Assembly (NCBI RefSeq): GCF_026571515.1
Contig: NW_026864408.1
Location: 1-64,000, forward strand
From: Ruditapes philippinarum
Lineage: Eukaryota
Reading direction: 5' to 3'
DNA length: 64,000 bases
Shown here: piece by piece, positions 40,401 through 52,400 of the stretch
How the letters are laid out: each line of letters starts with the position of its first letter
How positions within the stretch are numbered: the stretch's first letter is position 1
Position numbers and translations under genes: made by a program
The notes under the pieces: generated by a model
Seen by the model: the letters and a program-made list of their open reading frames with translations, nothing else
Databases searched by the model: none
Told to the model about the DNA's origin: nothing

Positions 40401-43400
40401 CCAGCAGTGTCATATTTACACAACTGCTTTTGATCTAAGCGCTAAGTTTAAAAAAAATCTATTGACAGTTTTAAATCTTTATGTTTATCTTACTGTAGCA
40501 TATGCCTTTATACTTTCATTTGTTATATTTTCTCAAGATGAAAAAATTACAAAGCGAAGTAACACTTTTCAATGACACAAATTTCAAATTGCAATTGTAA
40601 TTTCAAATCAAATCAAATCCATCCATGCAATGCCATTTTACATTACATGGAATAATTCTACGTCTATGAACTCAACAGAGATGTGGCAAAATAATAATAC
40701 ATAATATTATACTATATTACCTGTTATACTCATAAAACCGTAGGCTGATTGTAGGTGAAAAGCAAACACAAAATATAAATGAATTTTCTGTTTAATTGAA
40801 TTTTTGTAGAATAAATTTCTCGGTGTGTTAGATCCATCTTAAGCTGTTGTTCTAGCTCAAATCCATGACATCTTGGCTGCTAAAGAAACCGTATACAAAT
40901 GTGTTTTATCACCAAGGAGGTCTTTGACATAAATTACAGTTATCAATTTATAATACCGACTAAGATGACTGGAGTTTCAACCACTTATTTTGTACATCAT
41001 AGGAAATTCTTCCCTATCTGATAGATAGCAAGTCCCCAGATTGACATAATACCATTTTGTGACATAAATTTATATATTTCGACATTTAACGTTAGTGTTA
41101 TGACATATAACGGTAAGGGGAAATGGTGCGACATTTAGCGTCATGATTGCGACATTTAATGGCAAAATATTTTGAGACATTTAGCGGCGGTTGCGATATT
41201 AAGCGGCAATATCGCGAAGTGCGGCATTTAGCGGAGAGTGCGACATTTGGCGGCGCCACAACGTCAAACCCCAAACTAAAGTTTGGCATATAATATAAGA
41301 AACACTCATTAAAATGAAAAGTTTGTTCAAGTTATATTTCCTTTCGTTTTTTTCCTGTTTATTTTGTTGTTCGGTGCCCCTTTTGAACGGTTTGTCCATG
41401 ACGTAACCCGATATCACTATCTGTAGTGCGACCTTGCAATACAATAGTCTGAGCCTTAAAACAATGGGCGTTCATATATATATTTTTTTTTTTACTTTTA
41501 ATAAAATACTTTTACCTTTTTAAAAAACTCAATTAGTGTATTGACTAAACTAGCTAGTGGCAGATTTAATACCGTTTGACTTGTACGGATAGAAGACACA
41601 TATATACCCCATTACGCTTTAGTTACTGTAACAATATCCAATTCTGGGCGATTTTTACGGCCGCAACTTACTTTTGTTATATGTTCACCGAGCTTGTGTA
41701 ACATCGAATAGAGTTCATCGGAGGATATAAACCCATCACCATTTTCATCAAATATACAGAACACCTCGTGCAGTTCTTTTTCCGGGTCGATTGACAACTT
41801 CGTTGAAAAAATCTTGACAAACTCCTCAAAGTCTATCGTACCGGACTCTGGAAAGGAAATATTTATTTGTGTATAACATTTTAAAAGATTTTGACAGGAC
41901 ATTAACACAGCGTGAAATTATGAAATCGTGTCATCGAGTTTACGAACGATATCTAAAAACATATCATAATTATCATGGATAAACTAGTACAATGTATTTT
42001 ATTATCATTATACAAACAAATTGTTGACATATTTTGTCAATTACGCTACATTAAATAAACATTAATCATGCGATTAAATGCATTTAGATAAATTTTTATT
42101 TGAACTTTATCCTTATAATAAATAGATAAAAAAAAATAAACTTACTATCTAGATCAACCGAATGAATAAGTGCTTGAACCTCGGAAACGGTTGGCCGCTG
42201 TCCGAGGGCGTGTAGGACCGCCCCTAACTCCTCCTTCGTTATCATACCATCCTGATTCTTGTCAAACAAGACAAACGCCTCTTGTAACTCTGTGGGAATA
42301 TTCAAAGTTTAGATGTTAATTAATATAATTATTATGGTGTTCTAAATTTAAGCTGTATTTAGTTGTTTGTCGTTGTTGTTGTTTTTTTTTTTGTTTTTTG
42401 GTTGGTTGGTTGGGTTGGGTTGGTTGGTCGGTTAGTTGGTTTTGTTTGTTTGTTTGTTTGTTTGTTTTTGGTGGGGGTGCTTTTTCTGTTTTAAGCAACA
42501 TCAACACTGTTGTAATCAAATGGCGTTACTGACGCAGGAAAAATCTCCTTACATTATTTCAGCTGGGGTTCAGTAAGATGGTTCCGTAGACTCCTTTCAC
42601 GAAAGAATTCAAAGTCCCTATCGGATTCAAACCCACAGCGGTAAGGGGCAAGTGGTTTGAAACCCCTCGGCTACGGACGCCCCCATCTACCTGGATGAGC
42701 ATGGATCAAATCAGGTATTTTTGGATAGTATTCAGTGTCAAATCTTCGGCTAATTTCGACTTCAACTGTATAAAGCTGAATATCAGGGGAGATAAATAGA
42801 GTAAAGATTTTGGACTAGTCTGTGATGAGTTGTCTTACGTAAATCAACCCAATATAAATTATATAAAACATATCTGAAAAATTATCTTCTTAAAACTCCG
42901 GATTATCTCGGTTTGACAGAAGATATGATAGGTTTAAGATACCGTTTGATTTTAAAATGTTTTTATAAGAAGATAATGTGAATTTGACCTATTTTTTCTT
43001 AAATTATTTCAAGATAGAAATTTCGAGTAATTTGTCAAAAACTGTGAGTGTTAACTCACATATTAATAAGAATTTGTTACAAACAACAATAAAAAACATT
43101 ACAAAATAACAACAACAACAACAACAGCAACTATCAATATATGTTATATACATTAAAGGCACATAACGAACAAATTGTTACTTCTTAAGAAAATTCAAAC
43201 ATGATTTTAAAACATTTAGATAATGGTTTTAGAGCATGTAAGTTGCTTGTTACCTGAAGAAAATAGCTGTTAATCATAAAAGTAAAAAAATGAAAGCATA
43301 GTAGTATTTTGACTTCCATACAAAACACTAAATCACTGTAACTAGTTTACTGCCAAAAAGCAACAGAAGAAAAAGAAAGGTCAGGTAATTTGCATTTGCC

Positions 43401-46400
43401 AATGCATATCTTTTTGGAAACTTGAAAAGTAAAGCGTTTTTGAAATAGAAATAAAAACATTCGTGGGGCATAATGGGCCTTTATGCACGTTATTGAGTAT
43501 TTTAATTGTTAAAATCTCATTTTGTTAAAGAATCACATAGGACTATGGGTTTTGTGGCCAGATTGTTAAATTTGTTGACTTCAGACCACTTACTCTTCCC
43601 CGCTGTATGTTCGAATCCCAGAGGATCTTTCGACTCTTTAAGTTGAGGAAGTTATCCTGCTAGCTTCAGAACGTCTGTGGTTCTACTAAGGTACCTGTTC
43701 GTGATAGCATAAAGCAAGAAGGGCACCTACGTTCGTCATACACCAGCAAAGATGTAAAGTCGCCATATGACCTTTTCTGTGTTGATAAATCCGACCAAAA
43801 AAGACCAAAGAACTAAGTCAACCCTTAGCCTTTTAGTGACAATGGGTGGATTTAGCCCATGTGACCAGTGCACATGCAGGTCAAGATCAGGCTGCATGCC
43901 CGTGCCTTGATCAATGTCTGCACTGATCGCCTTTAAGTCAGTTCATATCTTGAAATTTTGAAATGTTATCTATAATAATCGTTTTGTTCAGATTAAAAGA
44001 TGACGAGTTCGTGTAAGATATTAAACGTATTTAAAGGTTGAAAATAAATGTAATCACTAAAGTCATAGATTTGATGTCTAAAAGAGCAAATGATAAAAGT
44101 AAAACTGTCATAATCATATGAATAGAAATTCATAGATTTGATACCTATGAAAGAAAAGTTAAAATAATCAAAAAATAATAATTCTATGAATAAACTTAAT
44201 CAAAAATTCATAGTTTTGATATACATATATTTCTGAAAGCAAATTAAACAAGAAAGTTAAACATCACAAAATCAATGCATAAAATTCATAGATTTGATAT
44301 AACAGCATACATATTTAATATATGTAAACAAAATGGAACCAAAACAGTACTTTACTGCGAATGATTAAAAAATTATAGATTTAATAGATATTTACGTGAA
44401 AAAATCAAAATGTTACACCTTTATGAATAATGTATGTACGTAATGAAAATGTTACATCTTTAAAGAAACGTGTTTAAAAAGCAACAACAACAACAATAAT
44501 AATAACAATAACAACAACAAACTAACCTGTTCTGTCGTAATCTCCAGCCATGATTTCTCAAGGAGTGTAACAACTAACATACAAGATTGTTCTAAATCAA
44601 TGCACTTGTATATGTGATACAAGTAATCTTGCGATGATAAGTTTACCGAGGATGTGGTGATAATGTGTAGTGTTATGTCTTGTAATATCAATGGAATACC
44701 GATTATATGTAAGCTTTCTATTTATATGTAATGTCGGTAAGGTATTTATATAAAACAACTTGACATAGTCAAAACAAAAGACAGAACATAAATTCATATA
44801 CAGGTACAGTACAAAAATGTAGATATTTATTGAAGTTTCATGGCCTAATCTAAATGGTAGTAAGCATTTTATAACCAGAGCTGGTAGGAAAACGGTTATA
44901 AAATAACAAACAAACTTACATACACGACCATATCAAAAGGCTTTATAACGAATTCATTTTAAGCACAATTGCTTAAATTGATTGAAACAGATAATTCATC
45001 ATTTTTTGCAGCAGACGTGTTTATAGATAACTTAAATGTCACGATTATCTTATGAAAATAGACGTAGCAAAGGTGCAACTTATTAAGCATTTACGAAGGC
45101 TGATCACTTCCGGTGTCAGAAAATTAAGGATTAAAGATGTACATGTATCCTGAATAATAATCTAATGGATATATAAAGACCAAGACATGACCCGCGAAAG
45201 AAGACAAAATATATAGGGCATAATGATGTGCTGTTGTTGTTGTTGTGGTGTTGGTTGTTGTTGTTGTTGTTTTTGAAGTATATGTATTGTCATATTTCAA
45301 AATTTCTTTTTCTAAATTGTTACCTTGTAATTTTTCCTCAGGAAGACTGGATTTTCTATCAGATGCCGATTTCGGTGTTGGTGTCAAAGTTGCCTTTTCT
45401 TCGGTCACGTGAATTCTTTTCTTTTCCACTACAGGATGTTTAAGATTTACTAAATCCTTGTGCACTGGATTATCTTTCGGTTTACCCTTTGTATCTGTGC
45501 CAGTGGCGCCTTTACTTGCAGCCGGTTTTGGCACATTGTCAATTTTTGGTTTTGGTGCTACTTTGGGTCCTTTTTGAATCTTTGACTCAGTTGTCGTCCC
45601 TTCACTACTTTGTTGTGAAAACTTCTTGCGCAATAGTTTGAAAGCGTCCTGTAACAGAAAGAAGGGATGTAATGATAACTTGTGTTTATATGTATTTAGT
45701 AAGGGTGTGTTACTAAAAACAATAATATAAAAAATAATAAGATGTCGTTAAAAAGCAGTTTAGAAAAATGTCTTTGTGTGAAAAAGCCGTAGAAATTGTT
45801 TTTGCAGAATAAAGTGGCGAATTCTTGTACATATTTGCGTTCTGTCTTTGTTAACGTGCAAATGGAACTTCCGCTGCCATACGGGAATAATAAAAGAATA
45901 TAAGCAAAAACATTATACATGATTGTGTCGTGATAATTACTAAATCCTTAGGCAGATGAATAAATTTTTAGAACATGTGCAAGTAAAAATACAGTCTCTT
46001 TCAACACTAATTAGACTGAACAGAATGAACTCTAAGCAAAAGATGTGCATATTTCATGATTACATATTACATTGTATGTACATAAAGATACTATCTCGGC
46101 AACAGATGTTACACTGTCACAGAATACAGATGTTTTGTACTCGCGGAATATACATTCAAGATGCTGATTAACCATGCTACTGTTTGTTTTGTGTACTTTC
46201 CCAAGAACTTATCAATTCAAGAAAAATTACCGACAAGTCTATTGTTTTTCTTCCGTTATTTACCAAGAAAATATCAGTTCATAGAAAGGAGAACATATAA
46301 AGAGGTTGATGCACCAAATCGCCTCCTAGGCCTAACTATATCATGAATATCGTATTATGGTACCTGCATTGAGCGAGGTCAGCACTGTTCGTCATCTTGT

Positions 46401-49400
46401 CAGTATATTTATTTTCAAAATCATTTCAAATGATGATTGGTTATTGACCAGAATGTAAGATGGACATGTCCGTTTAACTTTAAGATATTTAGCAAGGTAA
46501 GGAAATATAAACAAAGAAGCAACATTGGTCGTCTGTAAGGAATAGTGTTTTGCAGTGTTTTAATCATAAGACAAATACCTTTTTAAATTGATCCGAGAGT
46601 ANNNNNNNNNNNNNNNNNNNNNNNNNNNNNNNNNNNNNNNNNNNNNNNNNNNNNNNNNNNNNNNNNNNNNNNNNNNNNNNNNNNNNNNNNNNNNNNNNNN
46701 NNNNNNNNNNNNNNNNNNNNNNNNNNNNNNNNNCACACCCACTTTGTTTACATAATGACGTAATCATGTGTACACTTAAACAATAGAATGGGTGACACAA
46801 ATGTTTTAATCCCGCCAAAAAAAAAAAATGGATGCCTTTATGAATAAAAAATGGCGCTGAATAACAATAGAAAGCTTAGCACACAAATTAAACCCGCCAA
46901 AAAAAATAAAAATGGTTGCCTTATTAGATTTGAATAAAAAATGGCGCACTGTTCTTCCATAACAAAAGAAAACGAAACATAATTGTAGGGGTCACATAAA
47001 TATGGTCTAAAGTACACAATAGAAAAATGTTACCATAACTAATTCGGTCAAAATATACAAAGGAAAACTATAATCAAATTATTGGTTTAAACTATGAAAA
47101 GAAAATTAGGACAAAATATTATTAATAAGTCTAGACCAGCTGTGGTCAACTCATCTAATAAGCTACTTTAGTATCTAGTATTTCTTCTTCTTGATATTGT
47201 ATTTTACTATCATCAGAAAAATGTAAAGTTTAATCAATTGTTTACATAATGACTTAAGAGTGTGTACTTTATAACAATAGAACAGGTAACACTCCAAAAA
47301 AGTCAATCTTATACATGTAAATGCAAAATTACATTTATTGTTTTCTTATAATATAATGAGGCCTGTTTTGTTATTTTTCCAAAAATTGACATGTCATATT
47401 TTTGCACATGTTGACAAGAAACAAACCTATGCCACTTGTTTTGTATATAATTCTCTTCATTAAAGTTACTATGCATCACATCCAAGGCCAGCAATTCAAC
47501 CTCTCATTGAAGGCAAGTACTTTCTCTGTGGTTCATACAATGCTTGATCTAATTAATTTACTGTGTATTTCTAAAGCAGTAAATTTGATAAAACTTGATA
47601 GTCAGGTGGGATACATACAAAACAAGTTACCTTTTATTTAGAATTCATACCCAATTATTGTTTTCTTATAAGATAATGAGGCCTGTTTTGTCAATGGTTT
47701 CAACACCTACATGTATCTTTAGAACTCATTAGAGTAAAACAAAACAATAATTGTCAATGAATAATCCTTAATAAGAAAATAAATCTTTCTTTACCAGCTA
47801 GTAAATCTTGCTTTTATCATATTTATGGTTTAAACTCTTAACCAGACAATGTGGTTACCTGATAAAACAAACAATCCTTTAAGTATGTATGACCAGTATG
47901 ACCCCAGATGTAACATATATTTCAACCAGGTAATAAATCCACAAAGGGACGCCTTTCTGTGTCGATGTTTCGGATCAGTTATGAACATTCATTTATTCAA
48001 TGGAGAAATTTTAAATGATTTGATTTACCACTTTTAAGCGAGGATAGGAATTACAACCTAAAATTATATACATTGTACTGAAACTTTTTTTTATTCACAT
48101 TCTTATTTTTTATATTTTGATCTAGCAAAGATTAAACATTTTCTGCTGTTAATTGCCAGAACGAAGAAACCAATTAAATCTTACATTTCAACACTGAAGT
48201 GATAATGTCATCACCTTGGAATTTGTATAGCAATGAACCGTCAGATTTTTAACATCTGTGAAATTGATGTCAGCGCCAAGATAAACATTGGTCCTTTTAT
48301 GACTTGATAACAGAAAGAAACAATAATTAAAAGTTTTTATTTCATGTCAATAAGTAAGCCCTTTGTATACAGGTGTGTCCCTAAATTACTCACTTCTTGT
48401 CCACTATTAAAAACGAGTTCTTCCTTATAGTTGCCACAGTATAACTATTTTCCTGACATGCTTGAAGTGGTAATATGGATTTTACTTAATATTCAAAAAT
48501 ATCATCAGAGCAAAAACAGCTATTTGGTGATAGATTTTTATGTCATGTTTTCACATACCCATGACTAGATTTCTCTCTCCAGATAACTTTTTTTTGCATT
48601 TCAACTATATACACCCAGGCGCAACATGGATTAGTTGGACGATTTAAGAAAAGGATATACATAAATTTATAAACAAAATAAAACAAAGATCTAATAATAC
48701 AGTTTAATTTATTTATTACAGACTGCATTTACAAAAAGAAATATTTAAAATAAAACGCATTTGGCATATGATAAAAAAAAATGTTCCAATCATAATGTAC
48801 CACACTAACATTTGTCCTTTTGTCTTTCCAAAATATGAATAAATAATATAAACTTTCACATGTCTTTAATAATTTGTTCATTTATTGATAAAATGTCAGT
48901 ATTTATCACTACTAGTTTCTTTTTCACTGTCATCATCATCATCATCATCATAATCATCATCATCATCATCAAATGTTTCTTCAAGTTCTGGTAATGGGTA
49001 CTTGTCCATAACACGTTCTAACATAAATTTTCTTTTTTTAACAGCATACTGTATAGCTTCATCAGTTTCGAAATTATCTTCCTCTCTCAATCTTTTAACA
49101 GTTCCCATGATCTTTTTATGTGTAGGATTGCGCTGAAGTGCATACATTTTTCCAATAAAATCCAAATAAACTTCTCTGAATGCTTTATGATACACGGAGC
49201 GTAATTTTTCAAAAGCTTTATTTCTTATTTCTTCAAGAGAGCTATCAGGGTCTTCATTACGCATTTTACTGGCTGTTTCATTTAAAACGTCATCTCCTTG
49301 TTCATATGTGAGCTCTGTAAAATACTTCCAGATGTCAATATGTTTGTTCTTGTTAACATCATCATATTGTTTGCCATTGTCATTCCCTATAGTAGAAGAT

Positions 49401-52400
49401 TCATCGTCATAATCTTGTTCACTGTTATCGTCTTCTTCGTAATGATGAGATTTGGATCTATTAGGTCTCAACCGATCGAAAATGTTTCTATATAGATAAG
49501 GTTTACGATTTGGTTCCTCATCTGATGTATTTCCATCGCTGATATTATTTTCAGACATACTGTTCTTATGTTTGAGATGCGAATGCCTATTTAAATTGTA
49601 CTTTTTATTGAATTTTTTATAACACAAAAGACATGTGAATACCATTATTTTAAGCGATCAAATGGCAAAATTAATGCCAATTCTCCTTTTTATACTCCCA
49701 ACTAATTTATTTCGTTTCTCATTTTCTCGTTTTGCTTGCTAAGTGGCTCAATTGGGTGTTCATTAACTCATTTTGCTTGCTCAGTCGCTCATTTTATTTG
49801 CTCATTTGCTTATTTTGCTTGCTCATTTGCTCATTTGGTTGCTCTTTTGCTCATTTTGGTTGCTCATTTGCTCATTTCACTTGCTCATTTGCTCATTTGC
49901 TTGCTCATTTGCTCATTTCACTTGATCATTTGCTCATTTCACTTGCTCATTTGCTCATTTGGTTGCTCATTTGCTCATTTTACTTGCTCATTTGCTCATT
50001 TGGTTGCTCATTTGCTCATTTTGGTTGCTCATTTGCTCATTTTGGTTGCTCATTTGCTCATTTCACTTGCTCATTTGCTCATTTGCTTGCTCATTTGCTC
50101 ATTTTGGTTGCTCATTTGTTGCTCATTTGCTCATTTTGGTTGCTCATTTGCTCATTTGGTCGCTCATTTGCTCTTTTGGTTGCTCATTTGCTCATTTTGG
50201 TTGCTCATTTGCTCATTTGGTTGCTCATTTGCTCATTTTGGGTGCTCATTTGGTTGCACATTTGCTCATTTTGTTTGCTAATTTGCTAATTTAGTTGCTC
50301 ATTTGCTCATTTCACTTGCTCATTTTCTCATTTGGTTGCTCATCTGCTCATTTCATTTGCTCATTTGCTCTTTTTGGTTGCTCATTTGCTCATTTAATTG
50401 CTCATTTGCTCATTTTGGTTGCTCATTTTACTTGCTCATTTGCTCTTTTTGGTTGCTCATTTGCTCATTTAACTTGCTCATTTAACTTGCTCACTTACTC
50501 ATTTGGTTCCTCATTGCTCATTTTACTTGCACATTTGGTTTCTCATTTGCTCGTTTTGGGTGCTCATTTGCTCATTTGATTGCTCATTTACTCATTTTTC
50601 CTTGCTCAGTCGCTCATTTTAGTTGCTCATATGCTCATTTTGGTTGCTCATTTGCTCTTTTTGGAGTGTTACCTGTTCTATTGTTATAAAGTACACACTC
50701 TTAAGTCATTATGTAAACAATTGATTAAACTTTACATTTTTCTGATGATAGTAAAATACAATATCAAGAAGAAGAAATACTAGATACTAAAGTAGCTTAT
50801 TAGATGAGTTGACCACAGCTGGTCTAGACTTATTAATAATATTTTGTCCTAATTTTCTTTCAATAGTTTAAACCAATAATTTGATTATAGTTTTCCTTTG
50901 TATATTTTGACCGAATTAGTTTATGGTAACATTTTTCTATTGTGTACTTTAGACCATATTTATGTGACCCCTACAATTATGTTTTCGTTTTCTTTTGTTT
51001 ATGGAAGAACAGTGCGCCATTTTTTTATTCAAATCTAATAAGGCAACCATTTTTATTTTTTTGGCGGGTTTAATTTGTGTGCTAAGCTTTCTATTGTTAT
51101 TCAGCGCCATTTTTTATTCATAAAGGCATCCATTTTTTTTTTTTTTTTTTGGCGGGATTAAAACATTTGTGTCACCCATTCTATTGTTTAAGTGTACACA
51201 TGATTACGTCATTATGTAAACAAAGTGGGTGTGGATCCCCCCCCATTCATCACATTCATTCATTCATTCATTCATTCATTTATTTATTTATTTATTTATT
51301 TATCTGCTGTTTGGCCAATGAGTGACTTTGGAAATTGTAACAGAACACTTTAGTATAAATAAGCTTTGGAAAAAACAGCAAGTTTTAGTATTAATCGGCC
51401 TGGTTATTACCAGCAAACAAGTCTGGAAATATGCAAATCAAACACTCATTACACAAAAAAAGAGAAAATATTTGATATAAGAGCTTAGCAAATACATGAA
51501 ATGTGTATACATGTAATCGTCTGCGTCTTTTGGGTTTCAGCAAGGAGGAAATTTAAAGAGCTTTAGTACCATCTTATTTTCAAAAGATTCATCAGAAAAT
51601 TATAAAGATCTTTTAACACATTTTAGACATCAAAAGGCGGGTGAAAAGATTTTAATTATTTTCCGATGAAAATATTTAACGTATTTGATAAATGGGACTT
51701 TAAATAATTTTCATAACTTTTTATACAGTGGTGTATTCTTCAGAACAAAATCTTGTTGTGAAGTTTGAAAATACCTTGCTCTTAATATCTTAAAAATCTC
51801 GAATACCACAAACGCTGCATTGTTCTTTGTATATTATACTTCTCGGTGCTTTAAATACAGGTCATGATAACGGAGGCTGGCACCATGCCGTAAATACCTA
51901 CAGCTCTGGAAATCTGCCTAAAACTTTTACCTTTACTCTAAATGTTTATTCCGGTTTAATGGCTAAATGAAACATGAAATATACAATTGAAATAAATACT
52001 TAAAGCACTAAAAACGTGCAAAAACATTTTTGGCTGAGAAACAACAAGGTAAAAAATATGTATTTATTGCATTTTATTGGTGTTCATTTTCACTAAATCT
52101 TTTACTACATCTGTATAGGATTTTCTTCCCGTATGCAAGTTTATATTATGGTTGTTTCCAGGAATACCGTGCTTAAATAAAATTGATTCCATTCTTTTAG
52201 AAATTTTTGAGGAGGGGGGGGGATTATTAATTATCATTTTTGTGTTTAAACAATTTTTGTTTCGCGTTACTCTTCCAACATAAAACTATGGAAAACGTGC
52301 ATGTGAAAAATTTAATAAAATCTGAAGACAAAATGATTTTTCGTCTGTGTCGTGTACAAACATTTGTTGATTTGTTGATATAAAATTTCGACGTGTACAA

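Larger units (their letters stand above)
46734..51233. mobile_element. Young ~4.5-kb element with ~570-bp terminal inverted repeats; probable non-autonomous Maverick/Polinton-type derivative
   Basis: 46734-47300 is a near-perfect reverse complement of 50658-51233 (mainly homopolymer indels). The left tip is hidden in the N gap; the right side continues into (TTCA)n(TTTA)n ending ...TATCT at ~51305. Contains one intact ORF and a tandem array; no transposase, integrase or polymerase. The TIR structure is seen directly; the superfamily is inferred. Confidence 0.75.

Noticed and set aside
46560-46818. ORFs containing X runs
   Set aside because: Artefacts of the assembly gap.
49732-50783. Several overlapping Leu/His/Cys-rich plus-strand ORFs
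   Set aside because: They are translations of the TTGCTCAT tandem array.
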